Assembly (NCBI RefSeq): GCF_006345805.1
Contig: NC_043010.1
Span: 27,156,001-27,220,000 of the forward strand
Direction of reading: 5' to 3'
From: Octopus sinensis
Lineage: Eukaryota
DNA: 64,000 nt
Both the position numbers and the translations under genes were made by a program. Positions within the stretch are counted from its first letter, which is position 1. Each line of letters opens with the position of its first letter. Shown piece by piece: positions 40,030 to 51,691 of the stretch. The notes under the pieces were generated by a model that saw only the letters and a program-made list of their open reading frames with translations, was not told where the DNA came from and did no database searches.

Positions 40030-40030
40030 A
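39270..40030 (-). mobile_element. Three SINE family B copies interleaved with (TAA)n/(GAT)n
   Basis: Family B cores at ~39290, ~39500 and ~39760. Confidence 0.8.
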
Positions 40031-41391
40031 TATCTTCCTGGCACGGACATTAACCTTGCTTATTACAACACTAACTACAACAACAACAAAGTTAATGATC
40101 GGGTGAATAATATCGCAGCCAGATTTTGATGAGTTCCTTAATTGAATTTTGCTGTCAGAAACACAGCCAAAGAATTCATGAATATATAAAAAATATATAA
40201 AATAAATAAATAAATAAAATAATAAACAAATGCTAGCAATAAAACAATAGAAAAAAATCGATTCGAATTCACCCAGTTTCTCTAGTTGTAAGCAGAGTCG
40301 CGACTATGTTATGGTCGTTGTTTCGATTCCAGGTAAGACCTGACGTCGGATGTTCAAGGGCGATTTGGCAGCTAATTATAGCAGGTCGAATAGCCTATTT
40401 TAGGCTCCCTCATGTACATGTTGTTGCTGTTGTAGTCTACCACCAGCTTAGCATTGACAACGAATTGTGTTTGAGGGTGATTTGACTGATATTTTTAAGA
40501 GGTCAGGCGGCCTCGTATGGGCTCCCTCGTGCATGCGTGGTCGCAGTTGTTTTCTTTTAGTTTACTCTGGATCAAGCATGTCTATGTTCAGAGACATTCT
40601 AACCGCGACCATCCCGTCTTTGTCCGATGTGCAGGCAGTCCGGAACATATTATCTAACACGTCCCTCTCTAAGACGATTGGGGTGTTCAAAAATTATTTT
40701 GCTGCTATTTTTGCAGATCAAATGGCTTCGTACAGGCACCTTCATATATATATCTGTGGGCACGATTATTCAAACCACGATGTTTCGAAGGTGTCACTCG
40801 ATTTGCTAGAAATATCTGCCAAATCTCTCTTACACCACACTTGAATATCTTACAAAAATACAGAAAGGTAGAACACACTGAATCATGTAGCTTTAGATAT
40901 ACTTTGCCTGAAAAGAAATGTCGTGATTGATCATAGGTCTACATAATTACTTGAGTAGCTAGCAAAAACAGTTAAATGTCCTTCATATCACGCCTTATCG
41001 AGTATCGTGTGCGATTCTACAATCGTCCAGGTTCAAGAAACATAAATATATGAGGAAATACATATTTCCTCGTAGAGCAACCGCATCATTCATGATGCGC
41101 TATTCAAACTTGTCTCATTGATGCACTATCCGAGCATGAGACTTGAAGTAATTCATGTTTCACTCCTGTATTCATAAAAATGATTATATATACATATGTG
41201 TGTGTATATGTATGTGTGTGTATGTGTGCGTGTGCGGTAGGCGTGACTGTAGGGTCAGAAGTTTGCTTGACAGCCACAGCGTGGCACTTTGGCCACATGT
41301 TTCCTGCTATAGCCACGAGCAGACCAAAGCCTTGTAAATGGGTTTGGTAGAGGGAAACTGAAAGAATCCCGTCGCATATATATATATATGT

Positions 41392-41437
<46 letters not shown>

Positions 41438-41472
41438 AAGAGGTGAATGTAATTAACCACTTGACAATCTTA

Positions 41473-41676
41473 GGATTACCGCCGTTTCGCAGCCTTCATC
41501 ATATAATAATAGTTTCAGTGTATTATAAATTGTTTTTACATGCCTGCACCAATGTGCATGCAGCACATGTCTACTGTGCAATGTGTGGCATGCATATTAA
41601 TGAAGAGATGTAAAAACAATTTATTATACACTGAAATTATTATTACAGTATGAAGGCTGCGAAACGGCCGTAATCC
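41473..41676. repeat. Fold-back with ~69-bp arms carrying hammerhead-like halves
   Basis: 41473-41541 is the reverse complement of 41608-41676. Each arm reads ATGAAGGCTGC GAAAC GGC(C/G) GTA ATCC outward. Confidence 0.8.
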
Positions 41677-42050
41677 AATAGATATCAAGTGGTCAGGTAT
41701 ATATATTTCACTCTCACATCTCTTGACTTTTTATGGTCTATATTTTCCTCATACAATAATTTCATCGATTGGATCTCCTCGATTTCAGATGCACAGAACT
41801 CTATACTCCACAATATTGGATTACTATGTGGTATGATAGCCGGATCCACTAGAGGAGCTTTCTGTGATTGCCACAGGATTCTATAAATCCATATATTGCA
41901 CTACAAATTTTTATATGCGTGTAAATGTATGAAACATTAGCAGCGAAGAAATTCCTCTCTATAGATCTTATCTGCTTCCATGTGTATACACCCTTCATTG
42001 CTGATTATTATCTATCAATAATACACCCTCCATATTGGTTTTATATCATC

Positions 42051-42091
<41 letters not shown>

Positions 42092-42311
42092 TGGGAGGAC
42101 GGGAGGGAGAATAGATCTTTCACGGTTTCATTTTCTTTTCTCTTTTTTCGAGTGTGCACACGCATAGCTGTTTGTTAAATACATATGCACACAAATATTA
42201 AGTCCCAGACACACAAATAAAGGGGTACATAGATACATGCATACACACTCTAACATACGTCTATAAAAACGTGTGTATATACTTCTTTCTGTATGTATGT
42301 ATGCATGTATA

Positions 42312-42410
<99 letters not shown>

Positions 42411-42784
42411 TGTATTGAGTACCTTATTTACTGTGGTTAACCCCGAATCAACCCGGGACCTACATATATATATACATATATATATACACGCATGCATACA
42501 TACATTTAAAGGCTCATGCACATTGATGTATAAACTCACTTATATAAATGCACACACACACATATACGCACACATATGTACACATAAACTCACACACACA
42601 CGTACGCATATATATATATTGTACATGTATGTATGTAGTGAATTATGTATGTTTATTGTCAACACTATATATGCATACATATATACACATACACATAGCT
42701 ACGCAATTAAACGAGCACGTATGTGTGTGTTTGAGTGTGTATACGTATGCGTGTATATATGTGTATGCACTTGTTTCTACGTGC

Positions 42785-42869
<85 letters not shown>

Positions 42870-43375
42870 GCGCGTCTTCAAGTTTTAAAAGCTGTCTTGA
42901 GTAAAATACATGAAGCAGTAAAACTGAAATCTGGTGAAGATATTATGCCATATTTGAAAAGAAAATATTTGCTATCACAATAAAGCGATAGATGCCAGCT
43001 TTATTGGAATATTTCTTAAAAATCTCTCTTAGAATAACACGAATGAGAGTAGCGACGACAAGAAGACGGCGGTGGTCGATGCGATGGCGACAAACGATGT
43101 TATATGCAAACCTTTGATTCGGTGGAATGATGTGAGTGACTGAGTCAACGAGGCATTAATTTGCTAACAGTTGGAGATAGATATCTATGTGTAGGACAGC
43201 ATTTAATCTAAGCAAGACATTATTATTATTATTATTATTATTATGGCTTTTATTGTTGTTGTAGATGTGTTTTTCAATTGGCAAACATCTTAAGCTTGGC
43301 CATTAGTCTTAACATGCAATTCTCTCATAAGTATTTTGTCTGGATGTCTCCTTTAGCGTGTTTGATGCGTGCTTG

Positions 43376-43413
<38 letters not shown>

Positions 43414-43545
43414 AACACACACACAGACAGGCATCTCAAAAGAAAATAAATATCTTCATAATATATATTATATATAAATATGTGTGTAAGTGCATGTGTA
43501 TTTAAACACATACACACACAACACACATATATACCCCCTCGCCCC

Positions 43546-43589
<44 letters not shown>

Positions 43590-43641
43590 TAAACTGAGGG
43601 GTGTCCATGTACTTTTGATATGTCAGTGTATATGTGCACTA

Positions 43642-44018
43642 CCCGAATGGTGTTGGCATCCACTTCAAAATTAACCCGAAGCTTGGTCCTCGTGCTACCT
43701 GTCCTCTACAAAAGTCACGTTCACATCACATCACAACACTCAGAACTACTTCGCTTCCACTGGCCCTGCTCTCTTTAACATCATACAAAGACACATAAGA
43801 GAAGAGAAAGATCCCCTAATATTTAAACGGTTTCTGGAGGAATATCTCCAACGAATTCCAGATAAACCACCAACTCCCGGATATAATAATTCTCTACTCG
43901 AAATAACTCTGTACTCGAATGGGCCATAGTGCCCAAAGAATAAATAAACACCTTTAAATGTCTTTTTCACGTGGTGTTATCAAGTTAGACATGACCTGGG
44001 GCCAATAGTGGCCGAAAC
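43642..44018 (+). mobile_element. 3' fragment of a second CR1-like LINE family
   Basis: PNGVGIHFKINPKLGPR...NYFASTGPALFNII...FKRFLEEYLQRIPDKPPTPGY.NSLLE, then a tail with a GGCCA-ATAG-TGGCC stem-loop. Confidence 0.75.
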
Positions 44019-44220
44019 TTTATATATATATATACACGAGTGAGTGGACAAACGGAAAAAGGGCACTCAACACATTTTTTGAGAGTTACTGCCTCATGAA
44101 GGTCATCGCTAGCTCTCACTGCACATGCAACCGTGTGCTGCCATCTACTCGTAGGCACACAAGTACACAAAAAGGCGCACGTACATACGTACACACGTAC
44201 ACACGCACACACACACACAC

Positions 44221-44259
<39 letters not shown>

Positions 44260-44683
44260 TATATATATATATAGATAGATATATCGATAGATGTTATGCA
44301 AATATATGTAGGTGTGTATGCGGCTGAAACTCCTATTGTTACTGCAAGTTTCTCCTGAACGAACTTAGAACGATTGCGTAAAAGGAAGCATTGAGATTAT
44401 GCTATAGTGAGCACGCCGTGAGAAAATGATAGAATTACATTGGCTGATGCCAAATAACGAATGAATATTATTGGATAAGAGTTGTTTGAAAAATAAGGTT
44501 GATGTGACACAGTGGTAGAGATAAGAATAAAGTATACAGAACTAGAAAAGCAGTTAAGGCCGGTTTCACATCCACAAAGCGCTTAGCTTTACAGTGTATC
44601 ATCAGATTCCAAAATCTGTTGGCTTAAGGCCTCCCTAGCGAGTGGCTCTCTCGATTATGGAGGAGGGGGAGGAGAGGGCCTCG

Positions 44684-45154
44684 CTACTCAATGTCAACAA
44701 CAGAGGGATTGTCTACGTTTGGATATCGATCGCAAGTGACCATGTTATCTTGAGGGTTCCAATAGGCCAGCAGGAATTTCCCTAAATTCAAACACAGTCC
44801 GAAGACCACCGCTCTAGAGTTAAGGATGTTTCCCGGGTTGAAATAGTCCTTTAGAATTCTCGCCCGTTCCGCTGTGCATAATTTACAACGTTTGGTCCCG
44901 TTTATGTAGGGGCTTGGATTTTCTAGGACTCTCCATGATATTGTGTATGGAATCTCGTCATCTTTCAACTGCCATACATGACTGGCTAGTGACGTAGCGT
45001 ATCCTTTTTCTGTGCTTGGAGAGGTGTTGCTTGAATGCGTTACTGGAGCAACCGATGTATCTCCATGGTTGGGTGTTGGCGGTGCTGTGTCTGGTGGTGT
45101 TGGCGCTGATGCTACTGCTGTTGTTGGAACTTGCGTTGTTGATGTTGGGTTCAT
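44684..45154 (-). CDS. 156-aa ORF: T/P-rich N-terminus fused to the C-terminal half of a PLE GIY-YIG endonuclease
   Basis: ATSLASHVWQLKDDEIPYTISWRVLENPSPYINGTKRCKLCTAERARIL...ILNSR, homologous to the 12991-13470 relic. The GIY and YIG motifs are absent. Confidence 0.6.
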   Translation of the reverse strand: MNPTSTTQVPTTAVASAPTPPDTAPPTPNHGDTSVAPVTHSSNTSPSTEKGYATSLASHVWQLKDDEIPYTISWRVLENPSPYINGTKRCKLCTAERARILKDYFNPGNILNSRAVVFGLCLNLGKFLLAYWNPQDNMVTCDRYPNVDNPSVVDIE

Positions 45155-45208
45155 TAGAGTAGCGAGGTACTTTCCTCCTCCATATTCTATAGAGACCTTA
45201 AGCCAACA

Positions 45209-45282
45209 GGTTTTGGGATCTGATGATACGCAGTAAAGCTAAGCGCTTTACGGACGTGAAACTCAGGGTAATCCCATAAACC
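45209..45282 (+). ncRNA. Type I hammerhead ribozyme with long stem I
   Basis: GGTTTTGGGAT CTGATGA T ACG-CA-GTAAAGC-TAAGC-GCTTTAC-GGA-CGT GAAAC TCAGG GTA ATCCCA(T)AAACC; 11-bp stem I with one bulge. Confidence 0.85.
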
Positions 45283-45799
45283 GGCCTTATTTAACTTTAT
45301 TTATATTATATTCTGCTCTATAACTTGGTGTGCTTCTTTTTCGGATTTACGTTTTACTGACGATGTTTGTGTGTGCGTGTGTGTGTGTGCGCGCGTAAAA
45401 AATTAATAGTGCCAAAATGATAAAGAAGTAATAATAATTCAGGCGATTCCCAGGAGTTAAGTGACTTTAGGTGTATTTAATAATGGCAATAAAATGTAAA
45501 AAAAGTTACTAGACTAAGAGATGTCCTACGGTACAATCCCGTTTTGGTGTAAACGTTCAGGCACATATTACCAGAGACTTATTGAATTTTATCTTTTTCC
45601 ATTTTCCTATAAATTATAGATACCATAAATTTTCTAATCTGATTAAAAGCTTAGCTGCCACTCGCAAGCAAATATAACTTGATAGCTTGTACCATGCTTT
45701 ACTTAACTGTTTTAGGGTTTATATACTCACGAGCAGATATAGACACACTTCAGGTTCTCCTACCTTTAACCCTGTTGAACATCGAGGATGCGACAGTTG

Positions 45800-45960
45800 A
45801 AAGCAGGATGTACGTACCAGCACTTATCTGGCACTCAGTTTTAGCTGAGTAGACTAGAGCAACGGGAAATGCAATACTTTGCTTAAGAGGACATCGCCCG
45901 TTCCAAGAATCGAGCCAACGAACTTATGATGATGAGCCCAACGCACTAACCATGGTCTTA
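45800..45960 (-). mobile_element. tRNA-derived SINE family D, diverged
   Basis: Minus strand TGGTTAGTGCGTTGGGCTC...GGCTCGATTCTTGG, then TCCTCTTAAGCAAAG...TTGCTCTAGTCTACTCAGCT, resembling conserved SINE central domains. Confidence 0.5.
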
Positions 45961-46998
45961 TTAGAACCATTTCCAATGAACGCCAATATAGTCTCTCCCC
46001 ACATCTATAACTTCATTGTCTCACCAACAATAAGTGTAATCCGAAAGCACAAACATATTGTGCTAAAGTGCAACTCTTAAATAGCCCTGACCATAGGAAT
46101 TATATCGGTTGAATCAAAAGTAAATTAAAGTGTTTTTAAGCATATTCAGTACATGTATGAAACCTAAAAGAAAACTTGCCACAAAACTTTCGAAAAGCAT
46201 TTCGTTTTTTAAAAGAAATTGGATCAGCGATGTTTAAAATTCGATGCCTGACCCTCAACTTTATTAACTCTGGTAATTTTCACTATAATCTTCGCTGAAA
46301 GTGAGAGTTTATTGATATCATTTCAAGATCGGAATTTCTAGGATGAACAATCAGAAATGCTAGTTTATTGTCGACATGCTTGCAAATATGTGCCTACAAA
46401 TATTTGAATCGGAAAAATTCGCCGCCGCCCCCTACACACTATGCGCTAATACCTACTTTTATGACACGGAATGTATTTTTTCAAATTTATATTTTATCTA
46501 CATCTCTAAAACATTTTGTGCATGTGTGTTAGAGTGAGTGTGTGTGTGTATATCTACATTGAAACTACATTTTCAAATATATGTATATACAAAATGAATG
46601 TATGTCGTTTGATAATGTCCTGCGCGTATGAGTCTGGTAGAATATGTGAGCCGTGTTTGTGTATTGCTCTTCTCTCCCGGATTAATAATAAAATTCACGT
46701 AAACCTGTTATTTGCATAATGTCTACTTACCAATATCTGTTTACTTGCCAACGTCTGTGCGTGTCTGGATGCGGAAGTGTGTATCCAGCGCCATCTATCC
46801 CTTTACATATGCATATACTCATACACACGTGTACATACAATGAGAATGTGTGCATATGTATATATACTTGTGCGTATGCATGTATGTATGTGTGCGTGTT
46901 ATTATTATTGCGTAGCCCGATGAGGAGTGGAGAGCTTATTGTGAAATGAACGTCAGAATAACTGTCTGTCTGTCTATCTGTATGCCTGTCTGTATGTA

Positions 46999-47079
<81 letters not shown>

Positions 47080-47576
47080 GTCTATCTATGTGACTGTCAA
47101 TCTGTATGTCTGTCTATCCCTCTCTCTCTCTCTCTGTCTGCCTGCTTACCTAATTCAGCCCTTTTCCTCTTCCACCCGCTGTTAACTAATCTATCTTTAA
47201 TCGCAGCTCAAAACGGAAGTAAAAAACACATGTTCACGCAAATAGTTAATCTGTGTTCCGCTTTCCCATGTGCTACTTTGAAACAGAACAAAAAGTCATA
47301 AAACTAGAGACAGATATAATAACAAAATAAAACGCCAATAAATATTGGGGTCTCAACAAAAATAGAAACAGAAAAAAAAGCTAAAAGGGGAAATAGAACG
47401 TCTATATCTCTATAGCAGCCCGTAGGAGTGGTGACCTATAAATTTAGAAGCTGCACAATAAGGTCGCCATATGTGGAGAAAAATACCCCCTAGATTTCGG
47501 GGTTGGTACGCGCGTGTGTGTGTGTGTGAGGAGAAGGAGAGAGACAGACAAACAAACAGAGGTAGTCTGTGCATGT

Positions 47577-47746
47577 ATATTATATATATATATATACGCA
47601 GGAGTGGCTGTGTGATAAGTACTTTGCTTACCAACCACATGGTTCCAGGTTCAGTTCCATTGCGTGGCACCTTGGGTGTCTTCTACTATAGCCTCGAGCA
47701 GAGTAGACAGTGAAGTAGACAGAAACTGAAAGAAGCCCGTCTTGTA

Positions 47747-47786
<40 letters not shown>

Positions 47787-47987
47787 ATTCGTTAGCTACT
47801 GCACGCATTTTTTTTTCTCTCCTTCTTTCTGTGTTTTTCTCTCTGTGTGTATCTTTCTGTTGAAGAGCGTAGGCTCGAAACGTTAAAGACTTGTTTTATT
47901 TATATTTCCTGAGCGCCATACTAATACAATTGTTCGTTTGTTTTCCACCTGCCTTCGTCTTTTGTTTATTTTCATAAAGCTTCCCGT

Positions 47988-48018
<31 letters not shown>

Positions 48019-48315
48019 ATGTGTGTATGTATGTGTGTATGTGTGTGTGTGTGTGTGTTTGTGTGTCTGTGTTTGTCCCCCAGCATCGTTTGACAACCGA
48101 CAGTGGTGTGTCTACGTCGCCGTAACATAGCGATTCGGCAAGAGAGACCGATAGAATAAGTTCTAGGCTCACAAAGAATATATATACATATGTGTGTGTG
48201 TGTGTATAAAGATATATGTATATGTATCATTTGACTGCGGCCATGCTGGAGCACCGTCTTTAATCGAACAAATCGACCCCCAGGACTCATTCTTTGTGAG
48301 CCTAGAACTTATTCT
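47577..48315 (+). mobile_element. SINE family A interrupted by a hammerhead element and carrying an inverted 3' tail
   Basis: Head 47577-47745, 3' body 48060-48180, tail in reverse orientation 48225-48315. Confidence 0.8.
47852..47889 (+). ncRNA. Minimal hammerhead motif with A6U core (CUGUUGA)
   Basis: TCTTT CTGTTGA A GAGC GTAG GCTC GAAAC GTT AAAGA, inside a ~200-bp repeat (47795-47995). Confidence 0.65.
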
Positions 48316-48618
48316 CTCTCTCTATATATATTATATGAAAGAAAATACCGTAAAATTGAAGTAATAAAATAGTCACAATATGTGCTGTAGTTTTTTTAAT
48401 AAGTCTTTAACTCTATATGACTGGTCTGCTTCAACATATTATTGGCCGGATTGAAACAAAATCAATTATGTATATATTTCTTATTGTGTTTCTTTTTTTG
48501 GTATTTTGTCCTGTACTTATTTCTCGTGTGTTTACGTGTTTTTCGCTCGTTGGTGATGTCTTGTACTTAATGTGTGTGTGTATATATATATATATAAAGA
48601 AATATATCTATCTATCTA

Positions 48619-48668
<50 letters not shown>

Positions 48669-48933
48669 CCTCTCTCTCTATATATATAGTTGGAATTTAC
48701 AAAAGAACGAAAAAGAAAAGAAAAGATGGAGACGGGTGTGTAAACAACAAACACGTATTAGTTTAATGCTCGGGAAGTGCGAAAGTCTTTTACGTTTAAA
48801 GCCTACGCTTTTCAATAGAAAGGAACACTGAAATAAGCGAAATAAGCAGAGAGAGAAAATAATATATATATCGCCATGTTCTGCACGCATTTTTTCTCTC
48901 TCCTTGTTTCTTTCCGTGTTTCTTTTCTGTGTA

Positions 48934-48971
48934 TCCTTCTGTTGAAGAGCGTAGGCTCGAAACGTAAAAGA
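48934..48971 (+). ncRNA. Minimal hammerhead motif with A6U core, second copy
   Basis: TCCTT CTGTTGA A GAGC GTAG GCTC GAAAC GTA AAAGA in repeat 48865-49075; a diverged inverted sibling lies head-to-head at 48690-48865. Confidence 0.65.
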
Positions 48972-49136
48972 CTTGTTTTATTTATATTCCTGAGCGCCAT
49001 ACTAATACAATTGTTTGTTTGTATTCCACCTGCCTTCGTCTTTTGTTTATTTTCATAAAGCTTTCCGTTATATATATATTGCCCCAGCATGGCCACAGCT
49101 CATGAGCTGAAACTAGAATCAATGAATCAATCAATC

Positions 49137-49180
<44 letters not shown>

Positions 49181-50018
49181 AATACGCACACATATACTAT
49201 CATTTCACGCACCATTCCCTAATATACAAACACGATTCTCGCAACCCTCACACCTACACACGCACACACTGATCATTTTCGCGCTCTCTTGACTTCGACA
49301 ACCACATTGTCTTTTTCTCTCCAACTTCCAATCATTTTTTCTGGCCATATAACGACACACGTGCTTTTCTCCCGACTGCCTCTTCCTTCCCACTTTCCCC
49401 CTTTCCCTCTTTCCGACGAAGATCCATGCTCGAAACGTCATTTTTACTCCTTTTTCTCATCTAAAAACTTTCACTGAGAATCAATCACCGTGTACATCTT
49501 ATTGGCTTGTTTTTTCTTTTGCTTTGTTCAAGGATTTGCCTTTACACACACACACACACCGATTGTGTGGAAGGCACAAATTACCCATTGAAAAACACAC
49601 AAAAATTGTTAACGTCACTAAAATAGTTATTTATTTTTGTCGCATGTAGTGCGACCCACATAATTTTTGTCGCATGTAGTGCGACCCACAAACCGAGGAA
49701 TCATGTTAGTGACTCGGTCGCAGTTTGTGCGACGGAAATTTTGACATCGAATAATATATGTTTAATTTAAGTTAATATTGTTGTATTTAGGAATGGTCAT
49801 GTTGCCAGTTTAGCCAATAATAACACACGCACAATATATTTGGTGTTACTTTGCTTCAGCGTTATCTATTTTTTACTTTAATCTTTTAATAGTTAATAGT
49901 TTTTGTGTTTTTGCTCGGCGTATATATGACTTCCACACTGCAATTTTTAGCCTTAACATACCGTCTCAAATCAAATCACTTGCCTCGTAAGTACACATCC
50001 GAAATATATTATTCTTAT

Positions 50019-50095
50019 TGTTGACAGTGACTTCGAAGTTTCGGCCAGTTAAGCAATCGCCGGACTGGCCAAATCTTCGAAGTCACTGTCAACTA
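50019..50095. repeat. 77-bp hairpin flanked by 9-bp direct repeats
   Basis: Perfect 19-bp arms GTTGACAGTGACTTCGAAG / CTTCGAAGTCACTGTCAAC, inner arms GGCCAGT/ACTGGCC; TATTCTTAT at 50010-18 and 50096-104. Confidence 0.85.
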
Positions 50096-50164
50096 TATTC
50101 TTATAAATTTGTATAGAATAACCCTTCAGATTAATGTAAAATAGTTTGTATTATAACTAAACTT

Positions 50165-50197
<33 letters not shown>

Positions 50198-50207
50198 ACA
50201 CACACAC

Positions 50208-50239
<32 letters not shown>

Positions 50240-50285
50240 CACACACACAGAGTGTAACTGTTTGTTTATATAGTATATCATAGTG

Positions 50286-50352
<67 letters not shown>

Positions 50353-51572
50353 TTATAGGAATACATTACTATTCAAACTCTTAGAGGGTGCTTCTTTATA
50401 TATGATTTAATGACGATATATATATATATATTAGATTAAAGAGGATCCATTTAAAGATTGAGGCGCATCAAAATGAATTTGATTCTATGTGGAGTCGTCA
50501 GGCTTAACGGCAGTTGGAGATAAGATATGCCATTCGGCTTTTCTTGTGTTTTAAAACTCTTTGTTCTAATCAATTATATTCGGTCACCCACCACTTATCT
50601 AACTTGACACTCTCAATTTTGTTGTCAGTTTTTCTGACAGCCTAAAGGAACCCACTTCAGTTCCGATTGGACTATTATACTTCCGCCCACTTCCATATTG
50701 AATTGTTGGTATTCCTTGTTTTAGATGTTCATATGTTGTTGGACATGTTAATCTGACGGCATATCGATTATTTACCTGCATTATGGTGTAGCCTGAGGAT
50801 TTGGGAGATTAAATGTAACGTATTGCATAATCGTATAGACGTTGCATGGCTTACATACCTGTATGTATGATGTTACGTCACAGCATAATCCCTTAATGAA
50901 ACATTGTAGCGATATCATATAATCCATTCGATTGTTCTTATTATGACATCTCCCCCCCCCACACACACAGCTAGATGGAATGATAGCATGGAGGTATTTT
51001 TGGAAGAGTTAATCTTATAAACAAATTATCATGTCTACATTATTAAAGAAGTGATTTAATTTAGTTTTGAGGTACCTTTTCTAATTATTTAAATGAATTT
51101 TTATTTATTTATTTATTTATTTAACTTCTAGAGTCTTCTCTGGTGTTTGAATTCTGTAAGTGACCCTCTTTTTCACTTTGCAAAAGCTGAAACCAAAACA
51201 AAAGCCACCAATGCCCACATTTTCCTTTCCAAAAATCAAATCAGTGTAAGAATTCTCTCCGAACTTCATTCAACAACTTCATTCAGGTTTCATTGTTCTC
51301 TCCAATATTATACAAAATTTTTGGAAGATGGGTGTAAGCAAGCTGAGAGCGCTTCCATCGCTCCTCCCGATTCTTAGACTAAAAACCACACACACATATA
51401 CACACACAGAACTGTTCACACCCCTAATTGTGCATCTTTCTAAAATGGCGTGACTTTTATTTCTTGCGGATTTTCGTCTTCATTCGAGGAGTAAGAAGAG
51501 ACGCAATTCACTATAGATAAAGAGTTGCACTTTTAGTTAAATAAACTGGTTAAAAACCAACTGTCTACCATA

Positions 51573-51628
<56 letters not shown>

Positions 51629-51639
51629 TAGATAGATAT

Positions 51640-51691
<52 letters not shown>

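Larger units (their letters stand above)
44556..45288 (-). mobile_element. Mini Penelope-like element bracketed by inverted hammerhead-containing repeats
   Basis: 44556-44629 is the reverse complement of 45196-45288 apart from a 19-nt deletion, and the repeats enclose a PLE endonuclease-derived ORF. Confidence 0.85.

Noticed and set aside
40467-40844. 125-aa non-repetitive ORF with nearby polypyrimidine-AG sites
   Set aside because: No recognisable motif, a TTG start, no convincing donor site, and it is flanked by short dispersed repeats; it cannot be supported as an exon.
44563-44605. ACA/TGT versus ACG/CGT in stem II of the two 44-45 kb HHR copies as covariation evidence
   Set aside because: It is equally explained by CpG deamination on both strands, so it was not counted as evidence of selection.
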